A stretch of DNA of 64,000 nt from Gammaproteobacteria bacterium (GCA_021773395.1 JAJFKB010000002.1:513050-577049); one strand, 5' to 3'. Counted from the stretch's first letter, positions 30,296-43,053 are shown. Numbers and translations are program-made. The notes: a model not told the origin generated them from the letters alone.

Positions 30296-30497
30296 TCCAA
30301 GTCTAAAGGGTTAGATAAGTCTCTACATTATCCCATGATTATAGAGTCATCAACCTTGTAATTGGCGTTAAAGCAAAACCACAACGAATTGACACCATCC
30401 TATATGGGGGATTTTACTGTCCGCGTTAAAAAAATCAGCACATTATTGACTCAAATTAAACCAGGAGGTCAGCGACAGCAATACCAGCTTCCAGATA

Positions 30498-31937
30498 TCA
30501 ATTCTCTATTTTTGTTCTAAAAAAACGAAGCTGGTTTAGACCTGCGTAATTAGACAACAAGCCACCAACATCACCATTCTGAAATGAAATAATTGTGAAA
30601 CCAATGACTGGCAAACCCCGCGAGGAAGAAGGTGAGCCATCATGAGTAATTGCACGAGCAAAAGTTATCTGGTTTTCTCCATCGTCATACTCATAGAAAC
30701 CTGTGAAATTGATTCTAAACTTGCCATGCTGAAATTGATTGGTAAAAGCTGCATCTCTTTCTGTGTAGCGCCCAAAGAACGACTTTCCACGATCGATGTT
30801 AAGTATATTCACAGACCAACACAGAGTAAAAGGAAAAGGGGTTCCATTGGGAGTGGCAAAATCTATCCCTCCATTATTATCCGGAGGATTGCCATCTTCA
30901 TCGTATACATTTATATCTAATATTTCACAGGCAGCGCCTTTTGTACTCTCCCGTGCATCACTATTTATTCTCTTTGCGTTTTCCCTCCAAAAGTTAGTAA
31001 AAGGTTGCGGTGAGTTTAAAGTGCTACTCGGTTTATCGTACGGACCCATTTCCCAGTTACTAACATAGAAACGCTTGGTGGGAAAAGTGACCACCGAGTG
31101 AGTTTGGCTCCCAAGGGATGGTACAGTGAGATAGTTAGTGGAAATAGATTCCGCCATGAGGGCCAGACTTACGGCGTCAATTCCTTTGCCGCTTGAAGGT
31201 GAAACTCGAGCACCATTAGCAAGAGCTGCCTTGAGATCGGCATCTGTCAAAGTAGGTGAATGACTTTCGGCGGAGGTGTGTGAGGGTTGTGAATAAAAAT
31301 CAGCCAATGCGATCGCATCATAATGAACGCTGGTACCTTCTGGCACATTAATTATGACTGCATCTCCACTCAGCCCACCCGAGGGGGGCGCCATAAAATC
31401 ATTCGGGTTGTTCGACCATAGCTCCCCCGACTCCCAGGCTTCCCGCAGCGGAGCACAATTATTACCCGTGGGCAGCACAGTCGTGGCTTGCGTTGCCAAA
31501 TTGGTAGCAGATGGGTTACCTGGATTTTCGTCAACCAATATGCCCATTTCGACGACTTCGATATACCCAACTCGCGCCCTCTCCAATCCTTGCGCTCCAC
31601 CTTGCCCTTTTGAAAAATCACTACCTTGATAGCTGTCAGATTCCAACCTCAGTCGATCCCCGTGGGTATTTAGTTTGCCCGGCATCGCGACTAAACAGCT
31701 TTTATCACTCCAGACTATTTCGCTGTAAGCCGCTTCGCCTTCTTCAACGCGGGTTTGATACCATATTGCCGCACTCCAGCTGTCTTCTGGCCCCAGATAG
31801 AGATTAAAAGATAAAACTGGCTGGCCATTCATAGCCTCCAGTAAACGTACCTTTAATGCCTTGACTTGAGCGGTTTCGTTGACCACCTTAATGAGGGTGT
31901 TGTACTCACCTTCTGTAGTATACAGAGGATACAGCAA
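30498..31937 (-). CDS. uncharacterised, probably secreted protein; the N-terminal signal peptide (ATG 32038) is out of frame, so this may be a pseudogene or sequencing error
   Basis: The 479-codon frame has only a TTG at 31937 as a start. It stays open upstream to 32039 with no ATG. An SD-preceded ATG at 32038 (GGAGGGTAAGATG) in another frame encodes MKKSIFNFLAFSLMLLP..., a signal-peptide-like sequence. I recognise no domain. Confidence 0.6.
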   Translation of the reverse strand: MLYPLYTTEGEYNTLIKVVNETAQVKALKVRLLEAMNGQPVLSFNLYLGPEDSWSAAIWYQTRVEEGEAAYSEIVWSDKSCLVAMPGKLNTHGDRLRLESDSYQGSDFSKGQGGAQGLERARVGYIEVVEMGILVDENPGNPSATNLATQATTVLPTGNNCAPLREAWESGELWSNNPNDFMAPPSGGLSGDAVIINVPEGTSVHYDAIALADFYSQPSHTSAESHSPTLTDADLKAALANGARVSPSSGKGIDAVSLALMAESISTNYLTVPSLGSQTHSVVTFPTKRFYVSNWEMGPYDKPSSTLNSPQPFTNFWRENAKRINSDARESTKGAACEILDINVYDEDGNPPDNNGGIDFATPNGTPFPFTLCWSVNILNIDRGKSFFGRYTERDAAFTNQFQHGKFRINFTGFYEYDDGENQITFARAITHDGSPSSSRGLPVIGFTIISFQNGDVGGLLSNYAGLNQLRFFRTKIEN

Positions 31938-32196
31938 TACTTGTCCGACTCCATCTGGACTTATAGAGACAGCCGTGCGGGATGCGCCGGGAGAAGCATC
32001 AGAGAAAACGCTAGGAAATTGAATATCGATTTTTTCATCTTACCCTCCGTGGAATGATCTAAGACGAAAGATTGTACTCCATTATCGGTTTGAAAATCGA
32101 ACTAAATTGAAGCCCCTCGGTGCTTCTGCCTAATGGGCCTATTTGGGTTAAGTCAATATTTGGGCGAAATGAATAACAACTTCCATTTGTGAATCG

Positions 32197-34434
32197 TTAG
32201 TCTTTCTTCTCCCTTAACTGACCGATGACCGACTCAAGTGCACGGTCAAATAACAGGGTATCGTCCAGCACATTAATAACGCCTTGCCGCAAATCATCGA
32301 CCAGTGTGATACGCGTCTTTTCGGCAACTTTCATACCCAGCCGATTAACGAAGATATATTTCCCCGTGGCTTTGATCACCGCTGCCAGTTTGGCCCGGTG
32401 TTTACCCTCTGAATCCACAATCTCAACCCAGGTGCCCGCTGACATCGAATCCACCCTGCTGAGGTGTTCATCCGCCTCATCTGCAGGCTCTGGATCAGGT
32501 GAGGCATTGCTAATTACTTCTTGTGACGGCTCTTCAGTGTCTTTGACTTCTACTTTCTGCTTATCTGCAACCTTCACAGGTTTGGTATGCTTGCGACCAA
32601 CCACCCGCCCCTGTTGCTTGAGACAGTCCAGGTGGATAACCTCCAACTCCTTGAACAGGGTACGCATTTTAACCTTATTGAAGGCCACACTAACCAACCC
32701 TTTGCGCAATCTTTGCAATAGCGAAGGGATCATTTTGAGCAGCTTGCCTCTGTGTGCCTTATCCTCAGTCGGGGCTACGCTCCAAATCAAATCGTCGACG
32801 GTTTCCAGCGCCTCCTGCCATTCACCGCTTTCTACTCCCTGCTTGACTTGAATCAGGAACAGATAACTGCTCCAACCATCTCTAAGCAGCTCCTGCGCTA
32901 CATTCGGAAGATCTTTGTCGGCCATCTTTTTGTCTAGCAAATCGCTGACAATATTCCGTGCCATCTGGGTTTTTCCCAGGCCCTCTTCTGCGTCCCGTGT
33001 ACGCTGCTCTACCAATTCTGAGCGTCGACGTTCAGCTGCTACAAAATCCAAAAACTCGGTTAGCAGCGTAGAAAAAATCTCTGTGTCGTCGACAAAATCG
33101 TCGAGTACTTTTTCTACGGTATATTTGATTTTTCCATACAATGGATCTCGCACAAGATCCACCGTTTCACTCCAACGCATCGCCGCGGTGGCTAATTCAT
33201 TCAACAACTTTCTCGCAGGATGGCCGCCACGACCAAAAAAGCTGGTATCCAACACAGCAACTTTTAGCAAGGGTATTTGCAAACGCGCCAACAACGCCTT
33301 CATCGGTGTGGGTAAATTCTGGTCATCCAAAATAAATTCAAACAGCATGGATACGAGATTTATAACATCATCATCCAGGCGGCCTATCGCTCGAGGTTGT
33401 TCAGATTGTCTGTCGCTAACCAGTAGATTGTATAGCGCCTGTCGCACATCAACCTGCTGAGTTCTGATGTTTACTAATTCATTCGATTCGTAACTTTGTT
33501 GCTGCACGGATGATAGCAAGTCGACCAATTCCGTTTGTGATAACCTGGGGCCGGTATCAGCCACCGGCATATTCGGCCCCTGCTTGTTAAGTGAAGGCTT
33601 TCTGTCCGCCAATAACCCGCGCAACAGCTCAATTATCTCCGCTTCATCATCCTGCTGCGTTTCGCTTTCTAAGGACGTGGTGGCATTGTGTTTTACCTCC
33701 ACAGGGGAACCAGGGCCAGAGCTTCGCTGTTTGGTTTTTCGTTCTGAAACCCCCAGTTTTAGCTTGGGCAACACCTGTTTCTCGATCAACAAGGCGTTTG
33801 CTTTTTCATAAAGCGCTGCTAATTCTCCCATGACAAACTTGTCAAAAAGCTTGTAGACGACCAATCTACTTCTAATATCCAGCGCCAATTCAGAGCAAGC
33901 AATCCGAAAAATATCACATAGGCGGCCAGGACCGATCGGATTATTCTGGTCCGTAATTTTAAGTGTCGGCAACAGGTGATCGATTCTTTGCGTCAAGTAA
34001 GGCAATGTATCCTTACACCGGCTAATCACCTTTGAAACCATACCTCGAACCGCAACTGTTTCCTCTAGTTCATCATCGTGCACCAGCGACAGGGCTTCAG
34101 CTTCAAATGGCTCATCTATCCCCCTTTTTTCTCTCTCAATATCAGGAACATAGAGCAGGCGAAATCCTTCGGCAACTTTTTGATGAAACAATGTTTCCAT
34201 AGTTTCACGCTTTATGCGCACTTCTCGCATTGCATCAAAATACAGGGTTTGATCAGCATTGCTATTGGCCTTATCCGCGAGCTCAAATAGCGCGTCATCC
34301 GCATTATCAAACAAACTGGCGAGCATAATCCCTAACTCTTTAATGGCCAGTTCCCGAACCCGCTTCAGCGGTTCTGCTAATACATCAATCGGTGTAACAT
34401 TCACAGGCGGTACTGCTTTATACTCATTGCCCAC
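32197..34434 (-). CDS. DUF1631-family protein
   Basis: 745 aa. The N-terminus ...LASLFDNADDALFELADKANSNADQTLYFDAMREVRIKR... and the C-terminus ...GTWVEI....KLAAVI...GKYIFVNRLGMKV...L match my recollection of DUF1631 (P. aeruginosa PA4523 lies next to ampD/nadC). Confidence 0.75.
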   Translation of the reverse strand: MGNEYKAVPPVNVTPIDVLAEPLKRVRELAIKELGIMLASLFDNADDALFELADKANSNADQTLYFDAMREVRIKRETMETLFHQKVAEGFRLLYVPDIEREKRGIDEPFEAEALSLVHDDELEETVAVRGMVSKVISRCKDTLPYLTQRIDHLLPTLKITDQNNPIGPGRLCDIFRIACSELALDIRSRLVVYKLFDKFVMGELAALYEKANALLIEKQVLPKLKLGVSERKTKQRSSGPGSPVEVKHNATTSLESETQQDDEAEIIELLRGLLADRKPSLNKQGPNMPVADTGPRLSQTELVDLLSSVQQQSYESNELVNIRTQQVDVRQALYNLLVSDRQSEQPRAIGRLDDDVINLVSMLFEFILDDQNLPTPMKALLARLQIPLLKVAVLDTSFFGRGGHPARKLLNELATAAMRWSETVDLVRDPLYGKIKYTVEKVLDDFVDDTEIFSTLLTEFLDFVAAERRRSELVEQRTRDAEEGLGKTQMARNIVSDLLDKKMADKDLPNVAQELLRDGWSSYLFLIQVKQGVESGEWQEALETVDDLIWSVAPTEDKAHRGKLLKMIPSLLQRLRKGLVSVAFNKVKMRTLFKELEVIHLDCLKQQGRVVGRKHTKPVKVADKQKVEVKDTEEPSQEVISNASPDPEPADEADEHLSRVDSMSAGTWVEIVDSEGKHRAKLAAVIKATGKYIFVNRLGMKVAEKTRITLVDDLRQGVINVLDDTLLFDRALESVIGQLREKKD

Positions 34435-34536
34435 TATTCTGGTTTCTCCTGAAAACTATGCGCCTCATACAACTAGGCGCAAGCGTATCAAAATAGTATA
34501 GTCTAGATTCGAGTTATTTCCTCTGAAAGTTGTTAA

Positions 34537-36345
<1,809 letters not shown>

Positions 36346-36369
36346 AGGAGGTATTCTGATTGGTCTGTG

Positions 36370-37590
36370 TCAGCTGCGGTAGTCTGCGTTAATAGAAACA
36401 TACTCATGTGACAGGTCGGTGGTCCATACAGTACTTGAAATATCCCCTCGACCCAGAGTAATACGAACAGTGATTTCCTCCTGGTTCATCACAGCTTGAC
36501 CTCTTTCTTCCGTGTAGTCAGAAGCCTTGGCACCGGCAGATACGATACAGACTTTATCCAGGTAAATATCGACTCGGTTAACATCAAGCTCCTTTAGTCC
36601 AGCACGTCCGACCACGGCTAAAATTCTTCCCCAATTGGGGTCGCTGGCAAACATAGCTGTTTTTACCAAGGGAGAATGCGCGATAGCATAAGCCACCTGC
36701 AAACATTCCTGTTCTGTTTCTCCGCCCTCAACTAATACGCTTATGAATTTACTGGCGCCCTCACCATCTTTAACAATTGCCTGAGCCAACTCTATCGCAA
36801 CTTCGGCAATTGCACGACTCAGATGCTCGAAAAGTGGATGCTCTGTGTCTTCTACGCTGTCGGCACAGGCCTGACCGGTGGCCACCAAAATACAGGAATC
36901 ATTGGTCGAGGTATCCCCGTCCACACTGATTCTGTTGAAGGATAGGTCGACCGCTTCACTCAGCAGCTTTTGTAGCAAATCCTTTGAAACCGCCGCATCG
37001 GTAGCGATAAACGCCAACATAGTCGCCATGTTCGGACAAATCATTCCGGAGCCTTTGGCGATGCCTGTAATATGAATCATCTGCCCTTGGTGCTCTATAG
37101 AGCGGGTAGCGCCTTTGGCACGGGTATCGGTTGTGAGAATCCCCTCTGCAGCCAGCGCCCAACCATCCTCAGACAGGCTATCAAGAGCAGCGGGGATGGC
37201 TGAAGTAATTCTGCCAACCGGCAGTAGCTCCCCAATCACACCCGTTGAAAAAGGCAGCACTTCTTCAGGCTTAGCATTAACCAAGCCAGCCAGTGCATCA
37301 CAGCAGGATTTGGCATCCACGATACCCTGGGGGCCCGTCCCTGCATTTGCGTTGCCGGTATTGATAAGTAGCCAGCGTGAATCGGAAATAGCCAAATACT
37401 CTTTCGCGACGGTTACTGGCGCCGCACAGAAAGCATTTTTTGTAAAGACTGATGCGACGCGACTTCCCTGCTCCAGTGCCATGACAACCAGATCCCGGCG
37501 GCCTTGTTTTTTTATACCGGCGCAAGCGCAACCCAGCCGAATACCCGCTACAGGGGACATTTCTGGAAAATTATCAGGACCAACGGCCAC
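36370..37590 (-). CDS. argJ: bifunctional glutamate N-acetyltransferase / amino-acid acetyltransferase
   Basis: 406 aa with the autoprocessing site ...NMATMLAFIATDA (the T of ATML) and an ArgJ-like sequence throughout. Confidence 0.93.
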   Translation of the reverse strand: MAVGPDNFPEMSPVAGIRLGCACAGIKKQGRRDLVVMALEQGSRVASVFTKNAFCAAPVTVAKEYLAISDSRWLLINTGNANAGTGPQGIVDAKSCCDALAGLVNAKPEEVLPFSTGVIGELLPVGRITSAIPAALDSLSEDGWALAAEGILTTDTRAKGATRSIEHQGQMIHITGIAKGSGMICPNMATMLAFIATDAAVSKDLLQKLLSEAVDLSFNRISVDGDTSTNDSCILVATGQACADSVEDTEHPLFEHLSRAIAEVAIELAQAIVKDGEGASKFISVLVEGGETEQECLQVAYAIAHSPLVKTAMFASDPNWGRILAVVGRAGLKELDVNRVDIYLDKVCIVSAGAKASDYTEERGQAVMNQEEITVRITLGRGDISSTVWTTDLSHEYVSINADYRS

Positions 37591-37661
37591 AAAACTACTC
37601 CTTCACTTGCTCCGATATTCAGACTACCTGATTATTTGTCGAAGCTTGATGCTACTCCAAG

Positions 37662-40397
37662 CTATCCTGTTTTGGACAGACTACCGTGACATCGCTTATA
37701 TTTTTTGCCCGAGCCGCAGGGGCAAGGATCATTGCGGCCGACTTTCTCCCCTTCGCGTACGAAAGGTGTATGCGCTGCCTGTCCGTCCGATCCATCTTCT
37801 CCAGCGGAATCCATGGCGGAGGTCTCATCATGCTGATACTCCATTTCACGCTGCATCGCCTCATTACGTTTGCGCTCCAAGGCTTCGATGTCAGACTCCT
37901 GGTAAAACTGTACATGGCTCAACAGTCGAACCACATCATGCTTAATACTGCTCAGCAACTCCTGAAATAGACTAAATGCCTCACGCTTGTATTCCTGTTT
38001 TGGATTTTTGGCGGCATAGCTACGCAAGTGAATACTCTGGCGCAAATGATCCATGGTAGCCAAATGCTCTTTCCAGCGCGTATCCAGCGTTTCCAGCATC
38101 ACCTGCTTCTCAATACGACGCATAATTTCAGCACCCGCCAATGCCTCTTTCTCAGCGTAGACTGAAACCATCTCTTCAAGTATCTTTTCTTGCAGCTGTT
38201 CAGCTTGCAGCTGATCGTCCTGATCAAGCCACTGTTGCAGGGCCACCTCAAGATTAAACTCAGTTTTTAATTGCTGCTGCAGTCCCGTTATATCCCACTG
38301 CTCTTCTAAACTCTGTGGCGGAATAAACGTGCTGAAAACTTCGCCAACTACCGTCGCACGAACGGCTTCGATAATCTCTGAAATATCCTCGGCCGCCATT
38401 AACTCATCACGCTGCTGGTATATGACACTACGCTGATCATTAGCAACATCATCATACTCGAGCAATTGTTTACGAATATCGAAGTTATGCCCTTCAACCT
38501 TGCGCTGAGCCTTTTCTATCGCATTACTGACCATGCGGTGCTCTATCGCCTCACCCTTTTCCATGCCCAGCGCCTGCATCAAATTTTTCACGCGCTCTGA
38601 AGCGAAGATACGCATCAAGTTGTCTTCCAGTGACAGAAAGAAGCGTGACGACCCAGGATCACCCTGGCGACCTGCTCGCCCTCTAAGCTGATTATCAATA
38701 CGTCGCGACTCATGCCGCTCGGCAGCAATAATATGCAAGCCCCCTGCTTCTATCACTTTGGCATGGCGCTCTTTCCAGGCCTCTTTAATGGCCTCAATCT
38801 TGGCGGGATCAGAACCATCCAGATTTGCCACTTCGACCTCCCAGTTGCCGCCCAATACAATATCAGTACCGCGGCCTGCCATATTGGTGGCAATGGTCAC
38901 TGCACCAGGCTGGCCGGCCTGCGCGACAACTTCTGCTTCATGCTCGTGATGCTTTGCATTCAACACATTGTGTTTAATTTTTTCCTGCTGCAATAGACCG
39001 GAAACATACTCTGACGACTCAATGGAGGCAGTTCCAACCAGCACCGGCTGTTGCTTTTCGATGCACGCTTTAATATCTTCCTTAATCGCCTCGAATTTTT
39101 CCTCCATTGTCAGGTAAACCAAGTCGTTGGAATCTATACGTGCCATTGGCTTGTTGGTGGGTATCACTACCACATCCAGACCATAAATCTGGCGAAACTC
39201 GAAGGCTTCCGTATCAGCTGTACCGGTCATGCCGGACAGTTTTTCGTAGATTCGAAAATAGTTCTGGAAGGTTGTGGACGCGAGAGTCTGACTTTCGTTC
39301 TGGATTGCGACCCCCTCTTTGGCTTCAATTGCCTGATGTGTTCCTTCAGACCAGCGCCGTCCCGGCATCGTGCGGCCTGTGTGCTCATCCACAATTACAA
39401 TTTCGTTATCCTGGACAATATAATCTACATCACGCTGAAAAATGGCATGTGCTTTTAAACCGGCGTGTACGTGGTGCAATAAACCCAAATTCTGGGCCGC
39501 ATAAAGGCTTTCACCGTCCGGCAACAAACCACTTTGAGAAAGTAGCTCCTCTACATACTGATGCCCCTCCTCAGTTAACTCAACGGAGCGGTTTTTCTCA
39601 TTAATAATATAGTGACCTTCGACTTCCTCTTGCTCCTCCTTAGCCTCGTAGCCACGTTTTAAATTTGGAATGATACGACTGACTTCGGCGTAGAGCCTGG
39701 AGCTATCCTCAACCGCTCCGGAAATGATGAGGGGTGTTCTCGCCTCATCAATAAGAATGGAGTCCACCTCGTCGACAATGGCATAAAACAACGGCCGCTG
39801 TACCTTTTGCTCAATACTAAAGGCCATATTATCGCGCAGATAATCAAATCCGAACTCGTTATTGGTGCCGTAGGTAATGTCAGCAGCATAGGCTGCCTGC
39901 TTTTGCTCATAGTCCTGCCCCGAGCTGACCACACCTACCGAAAGCCCTAGAAACTCATAAACCGGGCCCATCCAGCCAGCATCCCGACTGGCCAGATAAT
40001 CGTTGACTGTGACAATATGCACACCTTTCCCAGGCAGGGCATTCAGATAAGCTGCCAGGGTCGCGACCAGCGTTTTACCTTCACCAGTGCGCATTTCGGA
40101 TATCTGTCCACGATGCAAAACAATCCCGCCAATCAGCTGCACATCGAAGTGTCGCATCGCCAGCACTCTCTGGCTGGCTTCGCGAACTGCGGCGAAAGCT
40201 TCAGGTAGTAATTGATCGAGTGTCTCACCGTCTTCCAATCGAGACCTGAACTCATCGGTTTTTGCGCGCAGCGCTTCATCAGACAGTTCTTTGGTGCATT
40301 CTTCAAGGGCATTAATCTTCTTTACGAATTTGCCCATGCGTTTGATTTCACGGTCGTTCTTACTGCCAAATATTTTTCTAGTCGCTTTACCTAACAT
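37662..40397 (-). CDS. secA: preprotein translocase ATPase SecA
   Basis: 911 aa with [11 protein letters not shown] (Walker A), [19 protein letters not shown] and the C-terminal zinc motif [14 protein letters not shown]. Confidence 0.99.
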   Translation of the reverse strand: MLGKATRKIFGSKNDREIKRMGKFVKKINALEECTKELSDEALRAKTDEFRSRLEDGETLDQLLPEAFAAVREASQRVLAMRHFDVQLIGGIVLHRGQISEMRTGEGKTLVATLAAYLNALPGKGVHIVTVNDYLASRDAGWMGPVYEFLGLSVGVVSSGQDYEQKQAAYAADITYGTNNEFGFDYLRDNMAFSIEQKVQRPLFYAIVDEVDSILIDEARTPLIISGAVEDSSRLYAEVSRIIPNLKRGYEAKEEQEEVEGHYIINEKNRSVELTEEGHQYVEELLSQSGLLPDGESLYAAQNLGLLHHVHAGLKAHAIFQRDVDYIVQDNEIVIVDEHTGRTMPGRRWSEGTHQAIEAKEGVAIQNESQTLASTTFQNYFRIYEKLSGMTGTADTEAFEFRQIYGLDVVVIPTNKPMARIDSNDLVYLTMEEKFEAIKEDIKACIEKQQPVLVGTASIESSEYVSGLLQQEKIKHNVLNAKHHEHEAEVVAQAGQPGAVTIATNMAGRGTDIVLGGNWEVEVANLDGSDPAKIEAIKEAWKERHAKVIEAGGLHIIAAERHESRRIDNQLRGRAGRQGDPGSSRFFLSLEDNLMRIFASERVKNLMQALGMEKGEAIEHRMVSNAIEKAQRKVEGHNFDIRKQLLEYDDVANDQRSVIYQQRDELMAAEDISEIIEAVRATVVGEVFSTFIPPQSLEEQWDITGLQQQLKTEFNLEVALQQWLDQDDQLQAEQLQEKILEEMVSVYAEKEALAGAEIMRRIEKQVMLETLDTRWKEHLATMDHLRQSIHLRSYAAKNPKQEYKREAFSLFQELLSSIKHDVVRLLSHVQFYQESDIEALERKRNEAMQREMEYQHDETSAMDSAGEDGSDGQAAHTPFVREGEKVGRNDPCPCGSGKKYKRCHGSLSKTG

Positions 40398-40602
40398 GGT
40401 TTCTTCACATAAATGAGCAAAAGAATATCCACCTCCCTACAAAGGACGCTGGACAAAATTTGAGTATTGTAAACTGATTCAACCAAAGGCTAAACCAATG
40501 ATTGCAGGGTTACCCCGTAATAACCTTCTTATATTGAGTCAATTGAGTATTTCACAAGTAAACAGGGTAAAAATATCTTGAGTCGGGCAACCAAGACGAT
40601 GA

Positions 40603-41532
40603 TTATCGACTTTTTCTTTTGATGTAAATAGCCGGATCAACAGCGTGGCCGTTTTTTAGCACTTCATAGTGCACATGTGGCCCGGTCGAGCGACCACTGC
40701 TTCCCATCAACGCGATCGATTGGCCTTTTTCAATGACATCTCCTACACCCACCAAGAGTTTATTAGCATGGGCATAGCGCGTCGAATGCCGATCGCCATG
40801 ATCGATTTCCACCAGATTTCCGTAACCCTGCCTTGGGCCGGCCCAGGTTACAACTCCAGCCGCTACTGCTATAACATCAGAATTCTCCTTCCCGGCAAAA
40901 TCAACCCCTTCATGCCAGGCAATGCGTCCATTAAAAGGATCTACCCGTCTGCCAAAGCTGGACGAAATCCAGCCCCACTTTACTGGCCGGCCTGATATAT
41001 ACCGCTCTATTTCAAAGGCGCTGTTACCTAGTAGCATATTAAGAAATTCAAGCTCCTGTTCGCGTGCCTCTATTTCTTGCGCCAGCCGACTGATCTCTTC
41101 CATAAACTTTGGTGGCTGATAGGCAATGCCTTCGAAATCACCAGCAGGACCGCCAATTGCCGGCGATTTGGAGAAATCAAACTCTCCCTGTTCAAGATTT
41201 GCTGCTTCTGCCAGATGCTCACCCAGGGCATCCAGCCTGATCAATTTCGCGTGCAACTTCGCCAACCTGATCGTTAGCGATTCAAACTGTTCACTTGATT
41301 CCTTCTCCAATTGTTTCAGCTGGCCATCTTTATAGGACAAATCTGCTAACCAAGAATTGATATACTGGTTTTGTAGGCTGATTTGACTTTTATCGACGGC
41401 GTATTGATACCCGACTACAAAAGAGATGATCGTAAAAGTGCAAAAACATAGAGCAGCCAACACAATCAACCGATTTCCCAGCGATAGGGTTCGCGCTTTA
41501 CCATGCCTTCTGCTAACAATAATGATGTTCAT
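40603..41532 (-). CDS. M23-family peptidoglycan DD-metalloendopeptidase (coiled-coil N-terminus)
   Basis: Has an N-terminal TM segment, a coiled coil, and the LytM motifs HEGVDFAG...HSTRYAHA...GRSTGPHVHYEV. Confidence 0.88.
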   Translation of the reverse strand: MNIIIVSRRHGKARTLSLGNRLIVLAALCFCTFTIISFVVGYQYAVDKSQISLQNQYINSWLADLSYKDGQLKQLEKESSEQFESLTIRLAKLHAKLIRLDALGEHLAEAANLEQGEFDFSKSPAIGGPAGDFEGIAYQPPKFMEEISRLAQEIEAREQELEFLNMLLGNSAFEIERYISGRPVKWGWISSSFGRRVDPFNGRIAWHEGVDFAGKENSDVIAVAAGVVTWAGPRQGYGNLVEIDHGDRHSTRYAHANKLLVGVGDVIEKGQSIALMGSSGRSTGPHVHYEVLKNGHAVDPAIYIKRKSR

Positions 41533-41595
41533 AAGCTACGGGATAAAATTACCCTGTTGACCTTTTCTCTGTTTTCACAATAGTATAATGCGGAT

Positions 41596-42051
41596 ATGCC
41601 TAGAGACAATTATAGCGCAGCACGCAGAATAAACCGACTGATTAGTTCATCCGGGCCTAACCTAAATAAACTGGTTACTGCTGCTAACGCACGAATTAAG
41701 CTTGAGGACAAAGTCAGATTAACTCTGCCGGAAAATTTTCAGGATCATTGCAAACTGGCTAATTATCAGAATGGCGTACTGCTTTTCCATGCTGAATCAG
41801 CTGTCTGGGCGACACGAATGAGATATCAGCAGAAAATGCTGATTGAACGGCTTAAAAAAATACCCGCTTTCGCGAAAGCACATAACATCAAGGTAGTGGT
41901 CAGGCCAACCACACAAATTCCAAAACCTCAGATTAAGGCACAATCAATATCAGCAGAATCCTGCCAACACCTTGAGCAGATGGCTGATTTTTTTGGTGAC
42001 TCTCCTCTCGGAAAGGCCATGCGCAATCTAGCTGATCACCGACAAAAGTGA
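41596..42051 (+). CDS. DUF721 / DciA-like protein
   Basis: 151 aa. The core reads ...CKLANYQNGVLLFHAESAVWATRMRYQQKMLIERLKK...IKVVVRP, which resembles the DUF721 pattern. It sits between lpxC and the M23-secA genes as in pseudomonads. Confidence 0.6.
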   Translation: MPRDNYSAARRINRLISSSGPNLNKLVTAANARIKLEDKVRLTLPENFQDHCKLANYQNGVLLFHAESAVWATRMRYQQKMLIERLKKIPAFAKAHNIKVVVRPTTQIPKPQIKAQSISAESCQHLEQMADFFGDSPLGKAMRNLADHRQK

Positions 42052-42141
42052 CAACAATGAAAGTTAGGTGCCTAAAGAGTAAGTACCTATAGATAGGCAC
42101 AGGAAACAGATAGGTACAGGCTTTTCTCAGCCTGCTTTGGA

Positions 42142-43053
42142 TCAACCGGTAAGTACAGGTCTCGAATAAGATATGGGTGCATTTTCAATACTATCGAAAG
42201 TTGCCACTTCCCACGCATCTTTCTGAGCAATGAGCTCTCTTAAAAGAATATTGTTAAGGCGATGTCCGGACTTAAATCCCTTAAATTCTCCGATCAAGCT
42301 ATTGCCCAGCAAATAAAGATCACCGATAGCGTCCAGCACCTTATGTTTCACAAACTCATCATCATAACGCAGGCCGTCTTCATTTAAGATCCGATAATCA
42401 TCGACAGCAATTGCGTTATCCATACTGGCTCCCAGCGCCAGATTTTGCGAACGCAGATACTCAAAATCACGCATAAATCCAAAAGTACGAGCTCGGCTTA
42501 CTTCCTTGACAAAAGAGGTCGATGAAAAATCCACCGAAGCTTCCTGCATACGCCCGCGAAAAACCGGGTGATCAAAATCGATCGTAAAGGTGACTTTAAA
42601 GCCATCGAAAGGCTCAAAGCTCGCCCATTTATCACCATCTGAGACTTTTACTTTGCGCTTGATACGAATAAATTTTTTGGCTACAGACTGTTCCTGAATT
42701 CCCGCAGACTGAATCAGGAACACGAAAGGGCCAGCACTACCATCCATAATGGGCACTTCCGCAGCACTTAACTCAATGTACGCGTTATCAATACCGAGAC
42801 CAGCCATCGCCGACAAGAGATGTTCAACTGTATCTACCCGAGCATGATCCTTGATTAGTGTGGTAGAAAGCGTTGTTTCCCCTACATTTTCCGCCAAAGC
42901 AGGAATCTCTACAGTAGGATCCAGGTCCGTACGACAAAACACAATTCCCGTATCTGCAGGCGCAGGTTTAAGCGTAAGATAAACCTTTTCGCCCGAATGC
43001 AAACCAACACCAGTCGCTCTTATTGTATTTTTTAACGTACGCTGTCCAATCAT
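42142..43053 (-). CDS. lpxC: UDP-3-O-acyl-N-acetylglucosamine deacetylase
   Basis: 303 aa reading [31 protein letters not shown]...HTVEHLLSA... It occupies the canonical position after ftsZ. Confidence 0.97.
   Translation of the reverse strand: MIGQRTLKNTIRATGVGLHSGEKVYLTLKPAPADTGIVFCRTDLDPTVEIPALAENVGETTLSTTLIKDHARVDTVEHLLSAMAGLGIDNAYIELSAAEVPIMDGSAGPFVFLIQSAGIQEQSVAKKFIRIKRKVKVSDGDKWASFEPFDGFKVTFTIDFDHPVFRGRMQEASVDFSSTSFVKEVSRARTFGFMRDFEYLRSQNLALGASMDNAIAVDDYRILNEDGLRYDDEFVKHKVLDAIGDLYLLGNSLIGEFKGFKSGHRLNNILLRELIAQKDAWEVATFDSIENAPISYSRPVLTG

Noticed and set aside
32225-33460. Plus-strand ORFs of 208 aa and 181 aa antisense to the DUF1631 gene
   Set aside because: They are Ser/Thr/Arg/Cys-rich mirror-frame artefacts inside a long, well-behaved minus-strand ORF.
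37115-37945. 276-aa plus-strand ORF spanning the argJ-secA junction
   Set aside because: It is antisense to two very strongly supported genes. Its composition is Ser/Pro/Ala/Arg-rich and low-complexity, typical of the reverse frame of GC-richer coding DNA, and it has no RBS.
40391-40420. Possible 9-codon leader ORF (TTG CTC ATT TAT GTG AAG AAA CCA TGT TAG) behind a GGGAGGTGG box and overlapping the secA ATG, reminiscent of secM-secA coupling
   Set aside because: It is too short, has a non-ATG start about 10 nt from the SD-like box, and there is no way to support it from sequence alone. It would need Ribo-seq or conservation evidence.
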